Positions 8,935 through 16,185 of a stretch of 38,786 nt of DNA are shown here, piece by piece (position 1 is the stretch's first letter; each line of letters starts with the position of its first letter). This stretch comes from an uncultured Candidatus Peribacteria bacterium. Lineage in GTDB: Bacteria; Patescibacteriota; Gracilibacteria; Peribacterales; Peribacteraceae. The DNA lies in NCBI GenBank assembly GCA_964514855.1, contig CAZESZ010000001.1, positions 1-38,786 on the forward strand. The letters are read 5' to 3'. Position numbers and translations under genes: made by a program. Below the pieces are notes generated by a model, which ran no database searches, was not told the origin of the DNA, and worked only from the letters and a program-made list of their open reading frames with translations.

Positions 8935-10154
8935 AGAGGACGTGCCTCGTAGGCAGAATAAAATCTCTCGAGGACGCTGCCACTTCCCGGCATCGTAACC
9001 TCGCGATACCAGATCGCCTTCATGCCATCGTGACGCTCGCCAGCCTTCCTCTTTTCACCGACAGGGATGTCTGTCGTGTAGGAAATTTTCTCTTCTCTTG
9101 GCGCGGACACGCGATCGAAAATGTATGGCCCGAAGACGTCCGATGTTCTGTCATCATGTGTTCCATAGTAGATGAAGTACGCGCGATCGTGATCATCCAT
9201 CGCAGTTTGGATCAGCAGTGCGCCCGGTGTGTCGTTGCGGAATCTCATATTCACGTTCGGCGGATAGATGGTCGCATCCGTGCCCTGAGGGCTGTAGTAG
9301 CTGACAGCGTAGCTGTGATTTTTCCGTTGCAGGATGGGCATGCCGTATTCCCATGGTCCGCGGTACGCGGTGGAGCTTACTTGGCAGAGTCCTCCGCCGT
9401 AGTCGGGGAGTGTCGTATCGCCGTTGATGACCAACTCCTTGCGATAACCGGTTGCAGCGTTCACTGGCCCCAGTGTGTGATTGAATGAAAAAATACTTCC
9501 CTGAGGGATGATGTGCCCATTGAACTTCGAGAGGCCGACCTTGATATTGTGCCGCCTATTCACCGGTGATTGTGCAAAGACAGATTCACCGATTGTGACG
9601 ACTTCTTTGATACCGAGGCTTCGCAGCTCATCGTCGGCGACGTCGAGAGTCGGTTGCGTTTCCACGACTGGCATCGCGACTATCGAAATGCCTCGTTCCA
9701 GCGCTTGGACTGTCAGTGCTGCCGCCAACGCACTCTGGACCTTGCGACCAGTCAGTCCCAGGCCCTCAAAGATAACACTTCCGGATGCATTTTTCTTGAT
9801 GACGACACTCCCAGGATCGCGGTCGAGCTTCGATGAAATCTCGGTTTCGATGGTCTGACGGATGGAGTCTTCGTTCCATCCGGCCCTGGCTTCCCACGTC
9901 CACCCTGGTTCCTCGACATCGTCACCGCAGGTTTTCAAGCGTGCTGGCGGAATGGCTTCTACTCCGCGGTAGAGCCACACTCGTTTCGCTTCCCGCCACT
10001 CCGGATGCGCAGAGACTGAGATCGAGAGAATGTGATGCTGGTACGTGTACACAATGCTCGGCACGGTTGCGGACGCTGGCACCGCGTACAGCAGTAGACC
10101 GAGGCCGATGCCGAAGGACGCAGGTTGCAGACGCATGAACGGACTATAGATCAT
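8841..10154 (-). CDS. VanW domain protein (secreted/anchored)
   Basis: 437 aa with an N-terminal signal/anchor. VanW block FSFNHTLGPVNAATGYRKELVINGD...GGGLCQVSSTAYR. Its ATG overlaps the upstream RNase H stop (ATGA). Its 3' end overlaps the recO 3' end by 94 nt. Confidence 0.8.
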   Translation of the reverse strand: MIYSPFMRLQPASFGIGLGLLLYAVPASATVPSIVYTYQHHILSISVSAHPEWREAKRVWLYRGVEAIPPARLKTCGDDVEEPGWTWEARAGWNEDSIRQTIETEISSKLDRDPGSVVIKKNASGSVIFEGLGLTGRKVQSALAAALTVQALERGISIVAMPVVETQPTLDVADDELRSLGIKEVVTIGESVFAQSPVNRRHNIKVGLSKFNGHIIPQGSIFSFNHTLGPVNAATGYRKELVINGDTTLPDYGGGLCQVSSTAYRGPWEYGMPILQRKNHSYAVSYYSPQGTDATIYPPNVNMRFRNDTPGALLIQTAMDDHDRAYFIYYGTHDDRTSDVFGPYIFDRVSAPREEKISYTTDIPVGEKRKAGERHDGMKAIWYREVTMPGSGSVLERFYSAYEARPLYWQIGVTAEEMRSRTSGDLSETPSWLPSKP

Positions 10155-10708
10155 CTCGTGCTCATTTCATCAAGCGCACGATTGACGAGCGCATCGGCGC
10201 GTTTATTCTGTTCGCGCGGCACGTACACGAAACTGATGTGCGGGAACTTCGTCTTCAGTTCGGTAATCTCTTCGATGAGTGGCTGGAACGTCACCATTTT
10301 CACGCGATATTCGCCGCTCAGCTGTTTCACGACGAGCTCGGAATCCAGGTGACATAGGAGATGATTTGGACAGTATTCTGCCGCGATCTTGAGTCCGGTG
10401 ATGAGCGCCCGATACTCGGCGATGTTATTCGTCTCGGTGCCGATAGCTTCTCCATATTCGCGGAGTGTTTCGCCTTTCAGTGGATCGATGAGCACGCATC
10501 CGATGGCCGCCTGGCCAGGATTTCCTCGCGAGCCGCCATCCGTGAAGAGGTGCAGTGTGCCGCCAATGGCGAGTGGCTGGTCGGCTTCTACAGCTGTGCG
10601 CGTTTCGAGCGCTTTGCTGAGGACTTCGGCGACGAATTGGTCTCGCTCTCTCGCTTTCGGAAATACGGTGTGCAGTTTTCTCTCGAGTGTGATGGGAAGC
10701 TTGACCAT
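10151..10708 (-). CDS. rnhA: Ribonuclease HI with ~45-aa N-terminal extension
   Basis: RNase H catalytic blocks FTDGGSRGNPG, NNIAEYRAL, HLDSELVV and KRADALVN. N-terminal VKLPITLERKLHTVF..RDQFVAEVLSKAL looks ribbon-helix-helix-like. TATACT -10 lies 6 nt upstream of the ATG. Confidence 0.8.
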   Translation of the reverse strand: MVKLPITLERKLHTVFPKARERDQFVAEVLSKALETRTAVEADQPLAIGGTLHLFTDGGSRGNPGQAAIGCVLIDPLKGETLREYGEAIGTETNNIAEYRALITGLKIAAEYCPNHLLCHLDSELVVKQLSGEYRVKMVTFQPLIEEITELKTKFPHISFVYVPREQNKRADALVNRALDEMSTR

Positions 10709-10714
10709 GGAGAG

Positions 10715-10720
10715 AGTATA
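10715..10720 (-). promoter_or_regulatory. -10 TATACT for rnhA-vanW
   Basis: Reverse complement of AGTATA. Lies 6 nt upstream of ATG 10708 and immediately downstream of hairpin 10757-10808. Confidence 0.45.
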
Positions 10721-10756
10721 GCGAACATCGACGTGCGTTTACGACTGATCGAAGGG

Positions 10757-10808
10757 CTAGTAGCGAGTAGCAGATAGCAGGTAGTTGACTACTCGCTACT
10801 CGCTAGCC
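10757..10808. repeat. Inverted arrays of 7-nt-phased TAG / CTA units
   Basis: TAG at 10761, 10768, 10775 and 10782. CTA at 10789, 10796 and 10803. The arms can pair (GTAGCGAGTAG / CTACTCGCTAC). Overlaps the last codons (LASSE*) of gene 10789-11418. Confidence 0.8.
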
Positions 10809-11418
10809 GCTTTCCGCTTGTACACGCACAATCTTTACCCTCACATCCGCATGTGGCATGAATTTTCGGAAGATCAAGCTTGAAGCGTCCGTCTCGAAAA
10901 TCCACGATGGCGCCGCCGATTCTATGGAGCGCCTGGGGCGAGACGATGAGCGCGACATTCTTCACTGCCGGATGCGAAAATTCCAAGTCATCTGCGAATT
11001 TTATCTCCGCAAATTCCATGCAAAATCCACCCGTGTCGTCACTCCCGACTCGGAGGAGACAGCTGGTTTTTCCTTCGGTCTCCGCGATCGTGAGGAGTGC
11101 GTTCGCTCCGCTTTCTGTCAGCGTCAGCTCCTGCGGCGGGATGGGTGAGGATCGCAACAAATCTTCGATATCGGTTACCATATTCTGCACATCCGTATCT
11201 GTGAGTCCGTGCGACTTCGCGCCGATTTCCAACGAGTCGTGCGCATTGAACGCGCACTGAAAACAGTGGAGTCCGTACGCCGCCAGGATGTCCGCTGCGC
11301 CTGGGTGTAGTGCGATGATTTCCATGACATTCATCGTGGCGTCGACATCTGGTATCGCAGCCTTTTTCGCCACTTTTCCTCGTCGTCCGGCCTTTGTTGA
11401 TTGTCGTGTCTTCGGCAC
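10789..11418 (-). CDS. DUF1858-like redox-disulfide domain fused to a HesB/IscA-like Fe-S assembly domain
   Basis: ALHPGAADILAAYGLHCFQCAF..LEIGAKSHG (DUF1858-like), then LTLTESGANALL..LRVGSDDTGG (HesB-like) and a C-terminal Cys cluster CGCEGKDCAC. GTG 11418 is supported by a TAGAGT -10 6 nt upstream. ATG 11334 is the alternative start. Confidence 0.6.
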   Translation of the reverse strand: MPKTRQSTKAGRRGKVAKKAAIPDVDATMNVMEIIALHPGAADILAAYGLHCFQCAFNAHDSLEIGAKSHGLTDTDVQNMVTDIEDLLRSSPIPPQELTLTESGANALLTIAETEGKTSCLLRVGSDDTGGFCMEFAEIKFADDLEFSHPAVKNVALIVSPQALHRIGGAIVDFRDGRFKLDLPKIHATCGCEGKDCACTSGKRLASSE

Positions 11419-11461
11419 GGACTTACTCTATACTTTTCACCGTCCGTCCCGCGAGTTTTTC

Positions 11462-12745
11462 ATGAAGATTTTCCGCGTTGTCATCCTCGGCTTACTGCCG
11501 CTCATTGCGCTCGCGCTTGGTTTTCAGATTGGTGTCAGTTACGAATCTCACCAACTTGCGTCCGAGCGTGCGCATCTGGCCGAACTCTTCACGATGTCCG
11601 GAAGTGGACAGACCGTGACGTCAGATCCGGAGCAGGAAGTGGACCTCTCCCTTCTGTGGGGTGTGTGGCGACTCCTCGACCGTTACTACGTCAGCCCTGG
11701 CGACCTCAAGATCGATGCGATGGTCTACGGTGCCGTCTCTGGTCTCACTGCATCGCTCGGTGATCCGTACACCGTCTTCATGACACCGCCGGATACGAAG
11801 AGCTTTGAGAATGCGCTCTCGGGGACACTGGAAGGCATCGGTGCGCAGCTTGATCTCATCGAGAATGAGGTTGTGGTCGTGGCGCCACTGAAGGGTTCTC
11901 CGGCCGAGAAAGCCGGCCTCGAGCCGCAGGACATCATCGTGAAAGTCGATGGCAAACCGCTCGACGGTCTTTCGTTGGAACAAGTCGTGACCATGATCCG
12001 TGGCCCCAAGGGATCGGTGGTGACGCTGGGAGTTGAGCGCAAGGGTAAGCCCGACCTCCTTCTCCTGACCGTGACCCGAGAGTCGATCCACATTCCGAGC
12101 GTCGAGTCGAAGACAGAGCAAACACCCCAGGGCACGATCGGCATTGTGACGCTCAATCAATTTGGCGATGAATCGATTGCAGAAGTGACGAAGGCACTCC
12201 AGACATTTCCGAAGAACGTGAAGGGCATCGTGCTCGATCTTCGGTTTAACGGTGGCGGATACCTGGAGGGTGCGGTTGACTTAGTCTCGATGTTTCTCGC
12301 GACCGGCGACGTCGTCACCGTGCATCGGCGCGACACTCCACCGGAAGCACACCGCGTCAGCGGACAGACGTTGTTTCCGGAGACGCCACTCGTGGTCCTC
12401 ATCAACGGCGGATCCGCGAGTGCCTCCGAGATCACGGCTGGAGCTTTGCAAGATGCGAAGCGTGCCACGATTATCGGGACGAAGAGCTTTGGAAAGGGGA
12501 CGGTGCAGGAAATCTTGGATCTTCCCGGCGGCTCGACACTGCGTGTAACCATCGCGAAATGGCTCACGCCCGCTGGTCACGACATCGGCAAAAAAGGCAT
12601 CACCCCGGATATCGTGATTGATCGCACGGCTGACGAGTACAGGGCAGGCAAGGATCCGCAGCTTGATGCGGCGATTGGATGGATAACGACCGGCAAGGCG
12701 CCTGCTGGCGCTCTTACTGCAAGTGGAAAGGCTCTTGTTGACTAA
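11462..12745 (+). CDS. C-terminal processing peptidase (S41, Ctp/Prc-like) with PDZ domain
   Basis: Start at ATG 11462 (M59 of track ORF 11288..12745). N-terminal TM and a PDZ region. Catalytic Ser in NGGSASASEI and Lys in TKSFGKGTVQ. Confidence 0.88.
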   Translation: MKIFRVVILGLLPLIALALGFQIGVSYESHQLASERAHLAELFTMSGSGQTVTSDPEQEVDLSLLWGVWRLLDRYYVSPGDLKIDAMVYGAVSGLTASLGDPYTVFMTPPDTKSFENALSGTLEGIGAQLDLIENEVVVVAPLKGSPAEKAGLEPQDIIVKVDGKPLDGLSLEQVVTMIRGPKGSVVTLGVERKGKPDLLLLTVTRESIHIPSVESKTEQTPQGTIGIVTLNQFGDESIAEVTKALQTFPKNVKGIVLDLRFNGGGYLEGAVDLVSMFLATGDVVTVHRRDTPPEAHRVSGQTLFPETPLVVLINGGSASASEITAGALQDAKRATIIGTKSFGKGTVQEILDLPGGSTLRVTIAKWLTPAGHDIGKKGITPDIVIDRTADEYRAGKDPQLDAAIGWITTGKAPAGALTASGKALVD

Positions 12746-12765
12746 GAGGAATACACAATTATAAT
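12738..12765 (+). promoter_or_regulatory. Near-consensus promoter TTGACT-16-TATAAT
   Basis: The -35 overlaps the ctp stop codon. The predicted TSS lies about 18 nt upstream of ATG 12790. Confidence 0.6.
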
Positions 12766-12789
12766 ACTGATTACTTTCCTCACGTCATC

Positions 12790-12975
12790 ATGACTCCTAA
12801 TGAAATACCAGGTGAAAGAAAACTTCCTGAAGCAGAGAACGCTTCTCCGGATCCAGCGGACACTCTGGCAACTACAGAACAATCACGGTTGGACGATATT
12901 CATGAAGCGATGGCTGCACGATACCGAGATGCTCTTCCCTACACGACGGACCAATGGAATGTCTGTAAATCCTAG
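12790..12975 (+). CDS. Hypothetical small acidic protein (or non-coding transcript)
   Basis: 61-aa ORF with no recognisable family. The only support is the near-consensus promoter 12738-12765 directly upstream. Confidence 0.3.
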   Translation: MTPNEIPGERKLPEAENASPDPADTLATTEQSRLDDIHEAMAARYRDALPYTTDQWNVCKS

Positions 12976-12992
12976 GCGAGAGTTACTAACCG

Positions 12993-13412
12993 TCAGTACG
13001 TGAATAGTTCTTCTGGCTTGAAGAATCTCTTCACTTCTTTTTCCGCAGTTTCCAGGCTATCGGACGCATGTGCTACGTTGATCATGACGTCTTTGCCGAA
13101 CGTTGCGCGGAGTGTTCCTGGTGCAGCTTTGCGGCTATCCGTTACACCCAGCATGTCGCGCATCTTTGCGATGATGTCCTCGCCTTCCAGCACGAGCGCG
13201 ATGACTGGGACTGATGACATAAACGTTTCGATCTCTGGATAGAATGGCTTATCCGCAACGTGCGCGTAGTGTTCTTTCAGGATCGCCGGGCTGAGACTGA
13301 TCATCTTGCAGCCGCGGATCGTGAACCCAGCGGATTCGAATCTATCGATCACTTTGCCGCAGAATTTGCCTTTGACGGCGTCTGGCTTGAGGAGGATGAG
13401 TGTGCGTTGCAT
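12993..13412 (-). CDS. ndk: Nucleoside diphosphate kinase
   Basis: 139 aa. MQRTLILLKPDAV.. with the catalytic His in NVAHASDS. Confidence 0.9.
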   Translation of the reverse strand: MQRTLILLKPDAVKGKFCGKVIDRFESAGFTIRGCKMISLSPAILKEHYAHVADKPFYPEIETFMSSVPVIALVLEGEDIIAKMRDMLGVTDSRKAAPGTLRATFGKDVMINVAHASDSLETAEKEVKRFFKPEELFTY

Positions 13413-13490
13413 AGAAGAAGGGGAAGCTTCGAGGGCAGGGAAGTTTGGTATGGTCTACCTGAGTGAAGCATTTTTGACAACTCTGTTGTC

Positions 13491-14753
13491 TCACACCCCG
13501 ATCAATTCCTGGAGCTTTTTCGTATCGCTTTCCTTGCCGATCACGACCAGGCGGAGTCGGTCCGTCTGCAGCAATGTTGCGGCGAGCGCATTGATCTGTC
13601 CGGCGGTCACTTTCTCGATCTCCTCGAAGTATGCGGGAAGATCGCGGACGGACGGATACAGGAGCTGTTGCTTCCCGAAGAAGTGCGCTCGTTCTTCGGA
13701 ATCTTCCATCGAGAGCGTGATCTTTCCCTTCAGAAAATCCTTGGCGCGACGCAGCTCCTCTTCCGTGATGCCGTCGTTTGCACACTCTTCGTACTCGTGG
13801 CGTATGGCGGAGATCGCTTCATAGAGCCTGCTCTGGTCTACCCCCGCGCGCGTGGAGAGGAGACCGGTGTCCATGTAGTTGTCCGTGGATGTGGAGATGT
13901 AGTAACACAGACCGCGTTTCTCGCGGATCCGCAGAAACATGCGCGAACTCATAGATCCACCGAGGATCACGGCCAGCAGTTTCTGCGCAAAGTGGTCCGC
14001 GTCCACGGCCGACACGGCCTCGACCCCCAGGACAAGGTGAGCCTGTTCGGTCTGCTTCGTCGTGAGCGAGATGCGCTCGCCGTCGTGCTTCTTTACCCCA
14101 CTAAACGCGCCGACTTTCTTTCCGCCGATGCCGCCGAAGAAATCATCACCCAGTTTCACTGCCTTCTTCTCGTCGATCTTTCCTGCGAAGGTGAGAACCA
14201 AATTATCCGGTGTATAGAGTTCGCTTTTGTGATTCTGAAAATCTTTCTGCGTTACACTGCGGATCACTTCCTCGGTGCCGATCGTATCCCAGCCGAGTGG
14301 CTGGTCGCCGAACACGAGCGTCTCGAAGTCCCACCCAGCTTGGTACATCGGCGTGTCTTGGTACATGCGATATTCTTCGATGATGACGCCGCGCTCCTTC
14401 TCGATTTCCTCTGGCGGGAACACGGCGTTCTCCAGCATGTCACTCAGCACATCGCATGCCATCTCCACTTTCTCTGCTGCGACTTTCACGTAGTAGCCGG
14501 CGTACTCCTTTCCGGTGAACGCGTTGAAGTCGCCGCCCACCGAGTCGATGGCCATGCTCACGGCTGCGGCGTTCTGGTACCGCTTTCCCCCCTTGAAGAA
14601 CATGTGTTCCAGGAAGTGGCTGATGCCGCGATTCTTCTGCACTTCGTACCTCGAACCCGCACCCGCAAAGACGAGGACGGTTACCGCCGACGTTCCGTCC
14701 GTCGGTGCAGTGAGGACAGGAAGACCGGAGCCCAGTCTCTGGAGTGAGTACAT
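13491..14753 (-). CDS. M16 (pitrilysin-family) zinc peptidase
   Basis: Start at ATG 14753 (M65 of track ORF 13491..14945; the longer version would overlap rpmH). Inverted zinc motif HFLEH. TAGACT -10 lies 8 nt upstream. Confidence 0.88.
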   Translation of the reverse strand: MYSLQRLGSGLPVLTAPTDGTSAVTVLVFAGAGSRYEVQKNRGISHFLEHMFFKGGKRYQNAAAVSMAIDSVGGDFNAFTGKEYAGYYVKVAAEKVEMACDVLSDMLENAVFPPEEIEKERGVIIEEYRMYQDTPMYQAGWDFETLVFGDQPLGWDTIGTEEVIRSVTQKDFQNHKSELYTPDNLVLTFAGKIDEKKAVKLGDDFFGGIGGKKVGAFSGVKKHDGERISLTTKQTEQAHLVLGVEAVSAVDADHFAQKLLAVILGGSMSSRMFLRIREKRGLCYYISTSTDNYMDTGLLSTRAGVDQSRLYEAISAIRHEYEECANDGITEEELRRAKDFLKGKITLSMEDSEERAHFFGKQQLLYPSVRDLPAYFEEIEKVTAGQINALAATLLQTDRLRLVVIGKESDTKKLQELIGV

Positions 14754-14824
14754 CGCAGGGCAGTCTAGAGGTGCCCCACAGGAAATTCCATACGATCGTG
14801 CGATACCCCCCTCCGCAGTTCCCC

Positions 14825-14854
14825 TTGACGCTTGTTTCGCTCCTTCTGTACCCT
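14825..14854 (+). promoter_or_regulatory. Promoter TTGACG-18-TACCCT for rpmH
   Basis: The -10 ends 11 nt before ATG 14866. Same -35 hexamer as the rpmB promoter. Confidence 0.45.
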
Positions 14855-14865
14855 CTCCTGGCCCC

Positions 14866-15009
14866 ATGTTAGGTAAATTACGTTGGCGTCGGCGTCTACG
14901 CGTGCACGGCTTCCTGTCGCGTTCAGCAACACGCAATGGCCGCAAGGTCCTGAAGCGTCGTCGTGCCCAAGGCAGAAAGCGCCTGACGGTGCAGAAGAAA
15001 ACAAAATAA
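14866..15009 (+). CDS. rpmH: 50S ribosomal protein L34
   Basis: These are the last 47 codons of track ORF 14515..15009: [47 protein letters not shown]. They carry the L34 signature HGF..R..T..GRKVL..RR..GRKRLTV. Confidence 0.8.
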   Translation: MLGKLRWRRRLRVHGFLSRSATRNGRKVLKRRRAQGRKRLTVQKKTK

Positions 15010-15016
15010 AGAATAC

Positions 15017-15104
15017 GTATTTTGTATGTAGTATGTGGTATTCAGTATTTCGTGTGTTCTTCGGTCTAGAATATACTGCATACTAGATACTCAATACTCG
15101 ATAC
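15017..15104. repeat. Inverted arrays of 7-nt-phased GTAT (x5-6) and ATAC (x5) units
   Basis: GTAT at 15017, 15024, 15031, 15038 and 15045 (GTGT at 15052). ATAC at 15073, 15080, 15087, 15094 and 15101. Lies between the rpmH stop and ATG 15113. Confidence 0.85.
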
Positions 15105-15112
15105 GAACTATT

Positions 15113-15406
15113 ATGGATTCCCTCCGCAGAGCATCGGCTTTTCTGTTCTACATCGGCGGCATCGTGCTGCTCGTTATGATCATTCTGGTGCGGCGCGGTT
15201 TCTTTCCTGCGGGGGCGCCGTATCTTCATGTTCTCGATCTTCCGATATTGCTCATCACGATGCTGTACGGCGGAAGTAGTCTCTACGTTTCTCTGTCACG
15301 CGGAAAAAAATCACTGCCGCTGCTTCTTGGCATCTTCGTTCCGCTCGGCGTTCTCTTCGTTTTGTTCTGCTGGTTCAATTTTGCGATGCCGTTTGCGGTT
15401 CTCTAA
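15113..15406 (+). CDS. Hypothetical small integral membrane protein
   Basis: Start at ATG 15113 (M27 of track ORF 15035..15406). 97 aa, mostly hydrophobic helices, no family recognised. Confidence 0.5.
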   Translation: MDSLRRASAFLFYIGGIVLLVMIILVRRGFFPAGAPYLHVLDLPILLITMLYGGSSLYVSLSRGKKSLPLLLGIFVPLGVLFVLFCWFNFAMPFAVL

Positions 15407-15672
15407 TACAATTTTGATCGGTGGAGCACTCGGAGGAGGTGAATTTCTTTGGATTCTTCGACCTTAGTGAACAGTACCCGATAACTCCCAATACGAAGCC
15501 TGTAGTCTGCCAAGGCATAGTTTTTCAGCTGCTTCACGTGCACATTGCCATCCCAGGGATCTTTTTCCAACTTTCTGATCGCTCCAAATATTTTCTGCAG
15601 TTGCGTACGATCGATTGCATCACAATCTTTGCGCCACAGCTTTTCATCGACGATCAGCAGCTTATGCGCCAT
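15403..15672 (-). CDS. Type II toxin, RelE/ParE family
   Basis: 89 aa. YRLRIGSYRVLF..IHLLRVLHRSKLY is the RelE/ParE C-terminal signature. Overlaps the upstream antitoxin gene by 11 nt. Confidence 0.8.
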   Translation of the reverse strand: MAHKLLIVDEKLWRKDCDAIDRTQLQKIFGAIRKLEKDPWDGNVHVKQLKNYALADYRLRIGSYRVLFTKVEESKEIHLLRVLHRSKLY

Positions 15673-15946
15673 ATCTCTTCACGAAATCATGGAACGAGGT
15701 TCCCTTCTTCTTTCCCTCTCGCGAAGTCTTTACGACATTTCTCGTCTCTCTATCATTCAGTTCCCACAGTTCTTCTCGCAGTTGTTCTATCAATCCAGAC
15801 TCGAGGAGCATCGTTGCAGCTTCTTTGGAAAAGATGAGGCCACTGACCTGATTCTTGCTCAGGACCACTCGAAGAGGTTGCTCTGATGCAAAGACACTTT
15901 TCAGGTTTCTCTGAAGATTGGTGATCGAGATGAAATCAGAAAGCAT
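15662..15946 (-). CDS. Type II antitoxin, Phd/YefM-like
   Basis: Start at ATG 15946 (M14 of track ORF 15662..15985), just downstream of a TTGCTT-17-TATAAT promoter. N-terminus ISITNLQRNLKSVF. Sits directly upstream of the toxin. Confidence 0.65.
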   Translation of the reverse strand: MLSDFISITNLQRNLKSVFASEQPLRVVLSKNQVSGLIFSKEAATMLLESGLIEQLREELWELNDRETRNVVKTSREGKKKGTSFHDFVKRYGA

Positions 15947-15971
15947 AGAAAAAGCATGGAAAACTATGATT

Positions 15972-16000
15972 ATTATAGATGTCATGATTCATGAAAGCAA
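15972..16000 (-). promoter_or_regulatory. Promoter TTGCTT-17-TATAAT for the antitoxin-toxin operon
   Basis: Read on the minus strand. Implies that ATG 15946, not 15985, is the antitoxin start. Confidence 0.6.
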
Positions 16001-16017
16001 TACATGTTTCTTCTTGA

Positions 16018-16085
16018 GGGAGCGGGCATTCTGCTTGGGGTTACCTAGTGCTGTGATCAGCAAACGCAGGTTGAAAACCTGCTCC
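16018..16085. repeat. Copy 1 of a duplicated element with shared ends (GGGAGCGGGCATTCTGC ... AACCTGCTCC)
   Basis: The 17-nt left end and the 10-nt right end are identical to copy 2. The two ends are mutually complementary (8 bp, with one G-T on the plus strand). Confidence 0.7.
16066..16082 (-). terminator. Hairpin GCAGGTT-loop-AACCTGC followed (minus strand) by GTTTGCTG
   Basis: 7-bp perfect stem about 100 nt downstream of the adenosyltransferase stop and upstream of the TA promoter. Confidence 0.4.
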
Positions 16086-16127
16086 GGTCTATAAATCTAT
16101 TTCTGTTTATAAAGCACACTCTTCCAG

Positions 16128-16175
16128 GGGAGCGGGCATTCTGCCCGCGGTTGGCCGCAAGTAGCAACCTGCTCC
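16128..16175. repeat. Copy 2 of the duplicated element; contains the perfect hairpin GCGGGC-ATTCT-GCCCGC
   Basis: Same termini as copy 1 with a shorter interior (48 vs 68 nt). Confidence 0.7.
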
Positions 16176-16185
16176 TGTATCTTCC

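Noticed and set aside
14515-14865. The 5' two-thirds of track ORF 14515..15009, considered as part of a 164-aa protein.
   Set aside because: It is antisense to the M16 peptidase N-terminus and has no motif. Only the last 47 codons (rpmH) are credible, and they have their own promoter.
15017-15104. The heptad arrays (also 10757-10808, 27567-27604 and 36257-36298), considered as CRISPR-like arrays.
   Set aside because: The units are only 7 nt with no spacers of 25-40 nt, and no cas genes are present. These are microsatellite-scale periodic repeats, not CRISPR.
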